In this document: piece by piece, positions 48,279 to 58,514 of the stretch | How the letters are laid out: every line of letters starts with the position of its first letter | Numbering within the stretch: position 1 is the stretch's first letter | Source of the DNA: Catajapyx aquilonaris | Lineage: Eukaryota | Direction: 5' to 3' | Length of the DNA: 58,514 nt | Assembly: GCA_000934665.2 (NCBI GenBank) | Contig: JYFJ02002367.1 | Coordinates: 1 to 58,514 of the forward strand | Notes under the pieces: model-generated | What the model saw: only the letters and a program-made list of their open reading frames with translations | The model's database searches: none | What the model was told of the DNA's origin: nothing | Made by a program: the position numbers and the translations under genes

Positions 48279-48357
48279 GGGAGACGGAGTGGCGCTGCGG
48301 TAACGCACGCGTCCACGGATGTTAATTGTTAAGGTCTCGGGTTCGATCCCATGGTAG
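48279..48357 (+). mobile_element. tRNA-derived SINE head split by the LTR element (continues after 51572)
   Basis: A box tggcgctgcggt and B box ggttcgatccc immediately before the GTAG target site. Confidence 0.6.
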
Positions 48358-48841
48358 TGTGAACGTATTCATTTTTGGTCCTCCCACCAACTCCATTTTT
48401 TTGTTCTGTTAAATGCATCCCCCCATATGTACATAAGCAAACTCCCATCATACCTCACTATACTATCCACCCTTATCAAGTGACCACTGTTTATGCCTTA
48501 TCTTATCTTATGTTGCCCTTTTATCGTGCCCATGATGCCCTGGGGTAGGCCCACTATTTAAGCAGGCCACTGCCTTCTCTCGTGGCCAGTCGTCGGGAGA
48601 ATATCCCGCGGCTGGTCGCAACTCCGCAAGTCTAGTGGTGGCTATCACCCGGCCACCACTGGCACCTCTCCCATCCATTGTCTCTCTCGTCCTTTCCTTT
48701 CCCTCCAGATTTGGTCCATGGGTTCTGTTACATTCTTGTTAAGTTTTACGAATGTTCAATGTTTTGCAGTCACTTTAACAAGTACTAAATAAACCAGTTT
48801 TACATGGTGAGATCCAGTTGTCTTTGTGCCATCCTGTCACA
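48358..48841 (+). repeat. 5' LTR
   Basis: tgtgaacg...tgtcaca; TATA-like tatttaa and an AATAAA. Confidence 0.95.
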
Positions 48842-48844
48842 AAG

Positions 48845-48859
48845 TGGTGTCAGAAGTGG
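48845..48859 (+). promoter_or_regulatory. Primer-binding site complementary to the 3' end of tRNA-Leu
   Basis: TGGTGTCAGAAGTGG begins 3 nt after the LTR and is complementary to ...CCACUUCUGACACCA. Confidence 0.85.
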
Positions 48860-49025
48860 AATTTCACCTGTATTCAGACTTTCCTGGTTTGTTGACTGCC
48901 GTGTCTTTGTGCTTTGCTTCACAAAGTGACACTCTCTTGTCCGAGACCGTAGTAGGTTACCCTACATTTTGGGGTTTGGAACCGTTTCCCTCTACACTAT
49001 TTACCTGGTTCTCATTCCCACTTTG

Positions 49026-49101
49026 CGAGTATTCCCAACTCGTATCTCTTCACGAGTATTCCTAACTCGTATCCTTTTGCGAGTATTCCCAACTCGTATC
49101 C
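49026..49101 (+). repeat. Three tandem 27-bp hairpin units in the LTR-element leader
   Basis: cgagtattcc(c/t)aactcgtatc... starting at 49026, 49053 and 49080. Confidence 0.9.
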
Positions 49102-50205
49102 TGCGTAATCCCCGGCGAATAGAAAGGAGAAACCTTGCGAGCCCACCAGCTCCTGTTCCCACGGAGACGCAAAACTTTCCCCTTTTCCACACATTTGGAT
49201 TCCCAAATCCTACGTGTCTTGTCCCGGCAACGCCTATTCCTAAGGGCAAACGCCGAACCTTATCCCTCGTAAGCTGACATTGCTTACTTATCCTTCCTAC
49301 GAGAAATCCCCCCTCGTATTCCCTTGCCTTGGTGAACTTTCCTCCCTTAAAACCGGAATTGTCCACCACCCTACGAAGCTTTCCTGCTCTTTTCCCCGAG
49401 CGACGCAGCTTCCCTTTTTCCCTTTATCCTTGCATTATATACCGGTCCCGTGACTACCTAACCAGAACCTAAGAAGAGGACGTAGATGACCATCACGTAC
49501 AACCCAAGTAACGAGGAGAGGTTCATCGGACGTGCATGTTCATTGCACGGTCCGTGTGAATTTGAGGCGATTATCATCCTGGAAGAAGGAACGTCACATA
49601 TATTGCAGCGTTGTGTGCAGCCTAGGTGCGTGGTGTAATCCTGCCCCACCAGCAGAGGGACGTTTAATTCAACCTCGGACGACCCGTCCGCACACATATG
49701 GAAAGATAGACTGCCCAATACCCCGATCAACTGGAGGTGACGGTGTTAGTGGTATGTGACTATTTTGCTCTACAGTCTTCCTAGGAAGTGACGCCCTAAA
49801 CAAGGAGGTGAGACGAAGCACTGTATGCCCCCGAGAAGGAGTGAACCTTCCCGGTTATCCACCACAATGGGGTGAAGTGGAAGAGTCCAGCAACGCGTGC
49901 CCATCACGAACTTTGTGCTTTAGATGTATAAATCCCCATATCATCATGCACAAGCCGGTATGTGTACTAGAGGCCCGTTGGTGATGCAACCCGTTTGTTC
50001 TCCCGGCCAAACGGCGTAAGTAATGTTCAAACCCCGTTTGACATATGCATCAAATTGGGACTGTGGCGTGCTTCTGGGTGCTTATCAGTACCTTTATAAA
50101 TGTGTGTGTTGTCCGACCAAAGTGATCATTTCCCCTGTCACAAAGCCCGCTGTACACAGCTAGTGAAGCCCTCTCTCCTACTGAGGCCTTCCGCAACCAA
50201 AGAAG

Positions 50206-50817
50206 ATGTCCTGGAGCGTGCTGTGCCCGACAAATCAGCTGCTGACTGCCGCCACTCTTCCGGTGTACATTTTCGGAAGACGATGGATCGGCCTTTTGGC
50301 TCCTAGCGGCACCCTGTCAACTGTATCTGCTGACGTCGTACGCTGCATTCCTGCCAATCTTCGACCCACGGTACATCCCCGTGATCAAATACGGCTGGTG
50401 TCGTCCGACAACCGCGTAGTGAGCCCGGTTGGTTACATCACTCTACCCATCATGCTAGGGACCCTGGCCATGACTTTCCCGTCTGGATTCCTGGTGGTAC
50501 AAGAATCCTCGATACCGGTGGTTCTTGCTCTGGACTTTTTGAGCTGCTGGGGAGGCCAGATGGACGTCACTCGCCAGCTACTGACTGGCATGGGCCCTGG
50601 TGAAGATGGAGACCCCAACCGACGACGCCCTTTTGCGGTACCGTTTGACGCTTTTCAATCCATCCCTGGGAGCGTCCCTTCACAATCAACCGATGATGGA
50701 ACCACCAGCCAGGGACAAGCAGCCGTCGCCGTACCAAGCGGACAGGGACATCGACCGGCCACACCATATCCAGGTTCGGTCATCAACGTGTCGTCCTCGG
50801 ACGTCATCGGACGATGA
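50206..50817 (+). CDS. Retropepsin-like (gypsy aspartic protease) ORF lacking the catalytic Asp, 203 aa
   Basis: PVYIFGRRWIGLLAPSGTLSTVS is at the position of LLD(T/S)GAxxSxIS. It is followed by IRLVSSDNRVVSPVGYITLPI, FLVV and PVVLALDFL (cf. ILGxDFL). Confidence 0.6.
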   Translation: MSWSVLCPTNQLLTAATLPVYIFGRRWIGLLAPSGTLSTVSADVVRCIPANLRPTVHPRDQIRLVSSDNRVVSPVGYITLPIMLGTLAMTFPSGFLVVQESSIPVVLALDFLSCWGGQMDVTRQLLTGMGPGEDGDPNRRRPFAVPFDAFQSIPGSVPSQSTDDGTTSQGQAAVAVPSGQGHRPATPYPGSVINVSSSDVIGR

Positions 50818-51088
50818 CGAACCGGCGGGGTGAAGCAGAGGAAGTAACAACATGAACCATTTTTTGTTCAAGTGCGTTTTTTCGTTCCCGGCCAAGATGA
50901 CTTTTGGAATCTTTTGTTGATGTTATTTGACTGCTTTTTAATTTGTCGGCCGTGGACTGTGTTTTGTTTGTTTAGACCAACTGGAGAGACACTGTGTAGA
51001 CACACCATGACGCTACCACCCCAGAGCTATTTGAATTCGAGTTAACTTATGGAAACTGTTTTGGTGGTAGGAACTGGTCCGTGGGGTG

Positions 51089-51572
51089 TGTGAACGTATT
51101 CATTTTAGGTCCTCCCACCAACTCCATTTTTTTGTTCTGTTAAATGCATCCCCCCATATGTACATAAGCAAACTCCCATCATACCTCACTATACTATCCA
51201 CCCTTATCAAGTGACCACTGTTTATGCCTTATCTTATCTTATGTTGCCCTTTTATCGTGCCCATGATGCCCTGGGGTAGGCCCACTATTTAAGCAGGCCA
51301 CTGCCTTCTCTCGTGGCCAGTCGTCGGGAGAATATCCCGCGGCTGGTCGCAACTCCGCAAGTCTAGTGGTGGCTATCACCCGGCCACCACTGGCACCTCT
51401 CCCATCCATTGTCTCTCTCGTCCTTTCCTTTCCCTCCAGATTTGGTCCATGGGTTCTGTTACATTCTTGTTAAGTTTTACGAATGTTCAATGTTTTGCAG
51501 TCACTTTAACAAGTACTAAATAAACCAGTTTTACATGGTGAGATCCAGTTGTCCTTGTGCCATCCTGTCACA
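51089..51572 (+). repeat. 3' LTR
   Basis: Copy of 48358-48841, followed by the TSD GTAG. Confidence 0.95.
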
Positions 51573-53333
51573 GTAGTTATTTCACTAAAAATGCACTCGT
51601 AAAAAACGCGCTACGAAGCGAGATCGATAATATTTTTCACTGCTCGCGCAGTTCTAACTTAGAAGCATCGTTCGAACTCCTGGTCTAATTCCTCTCGAAT
51701 TTTGCTTTCGAACTCTGGAACGTTCAATTTTAGGGGCGTTCGAAGTATGAGGTTCCACTGCATATACAAATGATGAGCAGTCCATTACTAACGCGCTCGC
51801 CATTAAAAAGTGTACGGACAGCATTGGGGAAGGGGAAAAAATTATATTATTTTTGTCATGACGGCGCGGCGTGACGCCACATGCAGCCAAACAATAATAT
51901 TTCAGTGTGTACTGTGCAGTCTTATGGGAAACTGCCAAAAAATTAAAGAGAAGCTTGTTGCAACTGAATTTATTTACTCGGTTACTAAACTTGGCACACT
52001 CATCTTCTATTTTTAGGAAGATAATCTCAGACGTGTAACGGAAGGTTTGAATTATAATTTTAGGCTGGAATCCTTTCATGCCATTCCATTGAATGGAAAG
52101 CATCCTTTCAAGGCCCATATTGAAATAAATCCGAGCTTACTAGGAATGACCTACTTGGAACCATTATTGGGATTCATATCCATACCGTCATATCCATCTC
52201 CCTGCAGTGATCAAAGAGGATGCACCTACTATTCAACCTAACTTACTACTTTTGTCACTTCTAGTTAGAATGTAGCTGCTTAAATGTCAGCATATTATAA
52301 TATGTTACACTATTAGTCTGAAGTATATTTTCACCTGTTCATTCTAAACACTGTAAATTATGGCTCACAAGCTGCAGCAGGTATACCACCGTAAGGGGGG
52401 GGGGGGTGTGACTTTGTGACAAATCAGTTTTTCAAATCTCGCCCCAACATTATTTTTTACTGAACCTGGCTCCAATAGATGGCTGCGAATGTAGTGCCAC
52501 CTAGAGGCCTGCTTGGAAAGCTCATAGTCTACACCTCCTTCATTGTTGGCAGCCATGGTTGGCAGTCACATTCCAAGTTTGCAAATGCGACTACTTTCCA
52601 TAGTAGCGACTCGCATAGTAATGTTGTGAAGAGAATAAAACATGTAACCTACTTTGAAGCCAAATACATTGGCTAAGAAATGACAAAAGATGATGCAAGC
52701 TTGAACTTGTTTTGTAGGAGATACGAGGGTGTGTTAGAAAAATTTCGCAGTTTTGCGGGGTGACTTTGTGACGGCATAAACTTGTCACAAAGTCAGTCCA
52801 CGGATATTATTTACTATATAGTATTGACCTATGTCCCGGTCCTTTAGGGTACCGTATCACTCGAAATACACTGTATACACATCCAAATGAAAATCCAAAG
52901 AAATCAGCAGCCGAGGACTTTACGAAGTTAAGGGCTTGAACTAAAAGACCAAAAAACGACAAAATGTTTTTCATAATATTACATTATAAAGGACCAATTT
53001 TATAAAATAATATATAATTCTAAAGTCGAAAACCTCTCTAAAATAAAGAGTTTGTGGGGTGATTTTGTTATATTTTCTGTTTCTCACGTTTAACCGAAAA
53101 TGACCACTGTCACAAAGTCACCTAGCAACATATGTAAATGTGAATATTTTTGTAACGGATAAAGTAATCGATATGATCTGCACACGGATATGTAGCGGAA
53201 GGATGGGGATACAGTACAATAATCCACAAAACATATAATGGAAAAAACATGAAGCCGTTTCTGCTGATACGGAAAACCTGAAAAACTATACTTACGGTAT
53301 ATTGTCATGTATATAGTTGAATAGTATTTAATT

Positions 53334-53683
53334 GGGGAGGTGTAAATGCTGGCTGAGATGGTAACGTCTCGTCTTGCTGAGTGAAAGGCCCCAGGTTCGA
53401 TCCCCGCCTGGGGAACTTTCCTTTCACCTGCGTCAGGAGGGTCTCTGACCTGCACCAAGGAGGTGTCTGGCAACCTAACCTCCTGGGGAACAGCACATGA
53501 CCCCTTTACCGACCTTGCACTTGCACCACATGTTCCCTCCTCAAAAAGCCATATCCTTACCCATGCCCCTGTCTCCTTGCACCGGTGAGCGAAGAAAAAT
53601 AGTACACAGTTACTAGAAAACTGATGGTGGTGTGCCACCCCCCTAAAAAGGCTCCGCCTTATCACGGGGTAACGTAAAAAAAA
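53334..53683 (+). mobile_element. tRNA-derived SINE family D, copy 2
   Basis: A box tggctgagatgg, B box ggttcgatcccc, A-rich tail; TSD agtatttaatt / agtatttgatt. Confidence 0.85.
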
Positions 53684-56639
53684 GTATTTGATTATTTTAA
53701 GAAACATAATTCACATTCAGTTGACACAAATGTGAATGGATTGATCCCAGGTTGCACCACCAGCCTGAATACAAAACGTGACTGTGTGTGGCCCTTGTAT
53801 ACTGGAATCCCCATGGTGAAGACTGATTGGCCGCGATGACCCCATTGCACTAGTGCGAGGGACTGCTGATCAATGCGGAACAAATTTTGACTCAGATTGG
53901 AGAAGGGGTTAGAGGTTGATTTGAGATTGGAGGTGCTGGGCAGTTGGTAAAGGGGGTAGGTAAAGGGTAGTAGGTAGGACCAGGGGGGACGCAAGGGTAG
54001 GAGGGGCTGGAGGGAGGGAGGGGGGAGGGAGGGCGCTATGGAGGCGCCGCCGCAGAGAGGCACCCACCAACAGCAGTGTGGATTTAGGCTCGGATCCAAC
54101 CAGACTTCTTCCTTCGAGGCTCACCCCATTTACGGAGAATAGGACTCCCGTTTCTTTTAGTCGATCTAATACCGGTGCGGAAATTGGTGATTCTTTCAAA
54201 TGTTGTCATCACTTTGAGAAATCAGGGTTCGAGGGTGTCAGTTTGCGCGAGGTTATTTTGCTTTTTGCATGTAGGTCTATCAACAGGTTAGGACACGTTG
54301 AGTCCATCACTATCACTATTACACATTATTGGTCCCCGAGGGCCACTTTTTTGGAGGGCAGTTTTCAGAGACATGGAACGTGACAACGTGTCCAAACCGG
54401 AACTACGCAAAGTGTTTGCAGGAGATATTTTGGGGAGAAATTTGCCAAACTGTACTTTACTGGGGATGGAAGAATTGCGGGGTTAATATGAAATATTTCG
54501 TGCCGTATGGAGGGTGGTAAGTGGTGATAGATGCCAATAATTGCACTTGCATATAGCTTGGACCTTTACTCCTGCATAATAAACCCATTCAAAAATAATT
54601 ATTATTTACCACCATTGTTATATTTACGCTGAAATAATGTCACCTACTACTTGTATAACAAATTAGTTGGCCATTTCCATATTTCAATTTGTACTTCGCA
54701 ATAATGAAACAGTAAAGTTCATATGCCGGATGATGAAAACCTAGTAATGCAGGCTTGCATATCGTTTAATAAATTAGAGTAGTGGAGTACCCTGTGCTTT
54801 TGCATATTATGCATATTTGCTAAGAGAGGATGGCATTGTTGCATGAAAATGCAATTTTTCAAAGTAGGCTCCATTAGCAGGGGCGTGTACTACACGAGCA
54901 CACTTTCCCATTCAGCGTCCCTCTAATAACACGGTTATTAAACGCAAAGAGAATATCGCCCATACAGTGCTGCTCCTCGTCAAGTGGCACGTTTTCCATG
55001 CATTGAACCGTTCATACGTCAACTTTTTCTGCCGTTTATTCTACGCCACTTCCCTTTTAATAGCCTTTGCATGTAGCTGCACTTCCTTCGTAGCTAAGAG
55101 AAGCATCAGAAATCATTCTCCGTACGGACAATTTTACGTGCCGGAAACCTCATTTTGAAGCAGCCGAATCAGGAAGGGCGAAATGTCTCTGCATACAATA
55201 CTTCCACCTTCCCATCCCCACCCACTAAATATGATTTTGACCTGGAATGGGTGTAATTTTCACACCTGGAAGCAGAATGCAGGTGAAATGGGGAAATATA
55301 TCATGTTCAGTTGATAGAGAGCATCTGGTGCGATAGAGGGCAAATATTTGTTCAGGAAAAGGTGGGGGGAGAGGGAGGGGGGTTCTAGTCGGGAAGCTTT
55401 GAGACTTCGCAGGGGAGACGCTGTCTAAGTGAGTGAAGATAAAGTGGGGGAGAACAGTACTACTTATCAAATCAATCCCTAGCGGGATCGATGTATACTA
55501 TCGGAAACGCATGTTGTGACTCGGAGACTTTCGTCTTTTTTTGTTGCAGGATTGGAAACAGGTTGCAGCCGGACGGAAATGACGGCCACAGGTATGTACC
55601 ACTCTTCCTATCAATGTACGATAGTGCCGATAATTAATCATTTTTTTGTGATGCAAGTGCGGAGAAGATAAGATATCCGGTATGTATCCTGTTGCGGCTG
55701 ATCAGTCATATTGCGACCGAGAACGACATCATTTATGCGGGGGGTAATATACCGGTACTTCGCACGTTCGCAAGAATGAACTATGAAGCGTATGAAGACC
55801 TGAAATGCAGGATGATCATAATCACACTTGACCGATTTTAAGGTGTGGGGGTTTGAAGATAGCATTTACCCATCATAGGATCAATTATATTTCAACGTTT
55901 TGATAAGGGACTGTATATTTATAGGAGATTTTCTTAACATTCAGAAAGTAAGTGCGCAGAACTACATTATGATTGTAATTCCTGACTCATTTTCGGCCAA
56001 AATGTTCTACATTTCAGGTATGGAAACTATTCACTTGGAATTCAGAGCTGTTAAATATTAAAGCACTTCTCTATGGCATGCAATATTGGCTTATTGGAAA
56101 GCTCATGTAGGCTAATGGGGTTAATTTCTGAACTCACAAAAATGGCGGCATCGGGTAATTTACGAAACCTTGTGGCAGATTTCGTTCTTAAGTGGACAGA
56201 AGGCTAAAGAGGGATGATTTATTAATAAGTAAGCAACACTTTTCATAAGTTATACAGTATATAATTATAATATTGAGCCAAATGGGAAGTTTATAACCTG
56301 CGAGATGGTAGGCTTACGTGTTTAAGAATATGTTATTGGAGAATAACATTTCTGTTTTATACAGTACATATACCGGAAGAGCGCGTGAATTCAAACTGTC
56401 TGTGTAGTAGTTTTCAATTTTTGTCACTAAGCTGCTCATTATTAATGGCCTTGTTACTTTTGCATAGTTACTCTTCGTGGTCATCAAAAGTATTAGCTGC
56501 TCATAGTAGGCTGAGTTTATTCGTCTATTTATGCTCGGCATTGCAATGAATTTCCGACTGGGAATGGCCTATTTCAACAATTGGCATCGAAAGTGAATGA
56601 TCTAACCCATTTTTGCATTTCAGATCCTCTTTGCAAGCT

Positions 56640-56644
<5 letters not shown>

Positions 56645-56694
<50 letters not shown>

Positions 56695-57036
56695 GGTAGT
56701 GCGGACCTCTTTCGAGGTATTGCACGGACCTTTATTTTTTTAGAATGTTCACATACAGTTTTCGTCGCAACGGCCTGGTCCACGGGTGTAGCTATGGGGA
56801 AGTGGAGCTTCCCAAGGGAGGGCGCTCTCATGTAGTTTCTAGTCATTGCAGACCCTCTTAAACACCAGACCTTTTCTCTTGGCCCCGAGCAGAGAAGGGA
56901 GTGCAATTCTGCCCCGGCGTGTCGGGTTAAAAGCGGAAAAAGACCTGGCCAAGCAGAGTTGACGGGGACGAGATTTGAACCCCGGCCTCCCGCTTGGCTG
57001 GCCAGCGTCATAACCGCTAGACCACCATGGCTCCCC
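56645..57036 (-). mobile_element. tRNA-derived SINE with (ATT)n tail and a perfect 13-bp TSD
   Basis: Minus-strand A box tggtctagcgg and B box ggttcaaatc; TSD tgcaagcttataa at 56632-56644 and 57037-57049. Confidence 0.88.
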
Positions 57037-57777
57037 TGCAAGCTTATAAAGATCCACACATCATAATATTATCATCTAATCTCTAATCTATTTGACAAAC
57101 AGGAAACGTAGCTTTCAAATATAACTGCTTTAAAATAAGCAGCTTAGTGGCAAAACACTAGCTAAGTATACCACCAATAATTTAATTGGAACACCTTATG
57201 TTGTAGGGCTAATAGACCTATAGTTTTTGTACTGTATAATTATGTAATCCAGTAGCAAGTGTCAGGGATTCTATTTGCAGATGTGATCACACGCCATTTG
57301 TCATTAATGTTTGATTATGAATTAACATTACAATATTAGGCATATCTGTTTTAGGGGTCGGTGTATCCCTGATGTAACACCAGTGTAATCACTGCACATA
57401 TTTAATTCAGTATACAAGGAGCAGGGGGCGTGGCCTAACTACATTGCATACATTTATTTCTGTGTAAGCTCTGGTACATTCGGGGACTGGAAGGTGCAAG
57501 GCTGGTATAAGCGGTGTAAGAATTTCTACACCAGCTTACAGAGTGACTTCATTGCACTGCCACTTACACTACGCCGCGCCGTTCGAGAAGCGAGTAGGCC
57601 TAAACTGTTAGAAGTGATAACTGAAACATGTGAATCATAGCATTGTTTGGAATAATTATTGTTCATGGAGCGTACAAAGAATAATCTAGTGTTATACACG
57701 TATTTTTCGCCACTTCTAAGTGAATTTAAATATAACTAATATACCGGTACCTCAAGCATGAGGCATATCCAATAATA

Positions 57778-58174
57778 CAGGGTGGTCCAACTTCAAGTGT
57801 CGTTTTATAACGGCGATTAATAGCAGTGATTTTGCGATGACTCAGCAGCGACGTGTAAAATGTCCCACTTCGGCGCCAACCAAAATATTAGCTGCCAATA
57901 GCAGCACACATGTAATCAACCCTGCTGCTGGGTTGACCTGGAAAAAAGGAGGTGCACACATGACCTGCGATGCGCCTGGGTGAAATGGGTGACGCCCAAG
58001 GCACCAGATGGACCATGGACCTGTAATGCAAGGGGGAAGCCTGCAAACGAAACACTACAGCTAATATTTTCGATGGCGCCGAAGTGGGCCATTTTGCACG
58101 TGGTTGCTACGATAATCGTAAAGCGCTTCTATTAATAGCCGTTATAAAACGACACTTGAAGTTGGACCACCCTG
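57778..58174. mobile_element. CAGGGTG-terminal MITE with ~130-bp imperfect TIRs
   Basis: cagggtggtccaacttcaagtgtcgttttataacggc / gccgttataaaacgacacttgaagttggaccaccctg. Confidence 0.85.
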
Positions 58175-58514
58175 TGTATTGTCTTAGGTCTTGTTTTATC
58201 AATGAAATTAAGGAACAGTCTCAGATTACCTGTTAGTACAACATTCACAATACGTAATATGAGATTTTCCTTGACATACAACTGGGTCAGACTGGACTCA
58301 ATTTTTTTTCACTAGAGGGAATAAAGGCCTTGGATTTACATAAATGTTGGAATTTGCTTGGAAGACTTTCGATTCATTTTTTGCAAGGGATGACTGTACA
58401 GACCCCACTATTCAGAACTACCCTTACCAAAATTCTCGCGACCTCGTGGCGAGGTCGCAGGACCTCGCAAATTGCGACCTGGCAGCTAGGTTGTACATCG
58501 CAAAATGTGAGCTC

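Larger units (their letters stand above)
48358..51572 (+). mobile_element. Young non-autonomous LTR retrotransposon (Ty3/gypsy-like), 3215 bp
   Basis: LTRs 48358-48841 and 51089-51572 (484 bp, TG...CA, two mismatches seen); 4-bp TSD GTAG; PBS present; no gag, RT or integrase motifs recognised. Confidence 0.93.

Noticed and set aside
49026..49101. CRISPR-like palindromic repeats
   Set aside because: Units are head-to-tail with no unique spacers, there are no cas genes, and the context is a eukaryotic LTR element.
53090..53707. 205-aa ORF similar to the ORF at 39252-39551
   Set aside because: The shared peptide is the antisense reading of SINE family D.
56574..57059. Poly-Ile membrane-like ORFs on both strands
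   Set aside because: These are translations of the SINE (ATT)n tail.

Overview
Repeat-rich eukaryotic (invertebrate, probably arthropod) genomic DNA. The only host gene I can reconstruct is a complete 5-exon isobutyryl-CoA dehydrogenase gene (ACAD8; minus strand, 21865-33907, 412 aa, all GT-AG introns with matching phases). Almost everything else is transposon-derived. It includes a full-length frameshifted mariner, several Tc1/mariner elements rebuilt as long foldbacks from one end of the transposase gene, and two multi-layer nests (pogo/Tigger-like, hAT-like, Sola2-like and Harbinger elements). There are also a decayed THAP+DDE Harbinger/ISL2EU relic and an RNase H LINE fragment in ACAD8 introns, several tRNA-derived SINE families and many palindromic MITEs. 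A very young non-autonomous LTR element (484-bp LTRs with 2 differences, tRNA-Leu PBS, GTAG TSD) retains only a protease-like ORF lacking the catalytic Asp, plus a leader array of small hairpins. The most interesting leads are this LTR element, the transposase-derived hairpin elements (three are 900-940 bp; one lies in the ACAD8 pre-mRNA), and an excess of TA-N3/4-TA motifs that look like transposon excision footprints. I found no CRISPR array, rRNA or true tRNA gene. All alignments and family assignments were made by eye.
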